64,000 nucleotides of DNA from positions 34,782,001-34,846,000 of the forward strand of contig NC_043014.1 in the NCBI RefSeq assembly GCF_006345805.1. Direction: 5' to 3'. Origin of the DNA: Octopus sinensis (taxonomy: Eukaryota). This document shows, piece by piece, positions 63,195 to 64,000 of this stretch. Position 1 is the first letter of the stretch. Each line of letters begins with the position of its first letter. The notes under the pieces were generated by a model, which did not search any database, was not told where the DNA came from, and saw only the letters and a program-made list of their open reading frames with translations. Made by a program: the position numbers and the translations under genes.

Positions 63195-64000
63195 TCACTG
63201 AGTGACAACACTCTCCTCCATGTATATGTAACCTTTTTCACTGGGGGAGGGGTCTTGTAAATTTTGTGGTGTCTGTTCTTTCTTCTCTTTTCCTGTGGGG
63301 AGAAGGGATGGGTGGGTTTGGTGTTTGTATGGGGAAGGTGGGTTTGAGTGGTCTTGGATGGGATGGAGTTGGTCTGGACACTGACTGTCCTTCCTCTTCT
63401 TTCTCTTTTTCCTTTTATTCTCTGTCACTGTCCATTCATCTTCCTTGTTCCTTCCATTTATCTGTACTTCTTCGTTTTTCTCCTCCGTCTCCAGCACCGC
63501 TTCTGTCATTTTCCTCTGTAGAGGGCAGTGAGCTCTAATGTGGCCTTTTTGGCCACATTTAAAGCATTGTGGAGCTCTGCCCTCTACCCATACTCTCAAT
63601 ACTATTTCTCCCAACATCACCATCTCCGCCAAATTTTCCAGGTGCTTCGCCTCCGCTTGTATGATGATTTCCAATGTTTTTTCTCTATATCCTCCTTCCT
63701 CCATCTCTGTGGCTTGGAGGACAGCTACCTCTTCCTCACTACCAGCCAGCATGGCTGCCGCAACCCAAGCCACTTCTATATCGGGTGGGATTCCTTCTGC
63801 CCTCACCTTAGAAGTCTTTCTTCCAAGGTATATGGGTAGAAGTACTACTTCCTCCATTCTCACCATTGTACTCGCCAGCCTCTTTGCTTCCTCCGCTGTC
63901 CTAAACTGGACAACCACTGTCCCATATCCATTTCTTTTGCTATATATGTCACTTCCTTCAAAAGCCCCTTCAATGCTTTTTCTACTTTTTCTATCTCTAT
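63195..64000 (-). pseudogene. Non-LTR retrotransposon ORF1 (Tx1/L1-like) with CCHC zinc knuckle; runs off the window
   Basis: 240-aa frame with VWVEGRAPQCFKCGQKGHIRAHC and WTVTENKRKKRKK; apparent frameshift near 63930. Confidence 0.8.

Overview
AT-rich animal genomic DNA, dense in microsatellites and transposon debris. The repeat families (tRNA-derived SINEs with internal (TA)n, RTE 3' ends with (GAT)n tails, TTAA-flanked MITEs) suggest an octopus-like cephalopod; this is inferred from memory, not from a search. No CRISPR array, rRNA or intact tRNA was found. Host coding sequence is sparse. (1) A minus-strand exon at 14679-15162 encodes a DEDD-family death effector domain split by a ~56-aa low-complexity insertion. 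(2) An unidentified minus-strand internal exon lies at 33573-33681. (3) A probable first coding exon of a plus-strand gene lies at 59436-59511. The rest is a nested record of mobile DNA: a DD34E Tc1 with a probable intron and ~164-bp TIRs, two DD37D (maT) elements, mariner/piggyBac-type MITEs, a Helitron, Gypsy remnants, a solo LTR, and RTE, CR1-like, R4-like and Tx1-like LINE fragments. The most unusual observations are minimal hammerhead-ribozyme-like motifs in several small Penelope-like elements (including a ~590-bp foldback with one motif per arm), a four-unit tandem array built from an RTE 3' UTR, and a highly structured element at 38.1-38.7 kb with nested inverted duplications. All alignments were made by eye, and coordinates of degenerate repeats are approximate.
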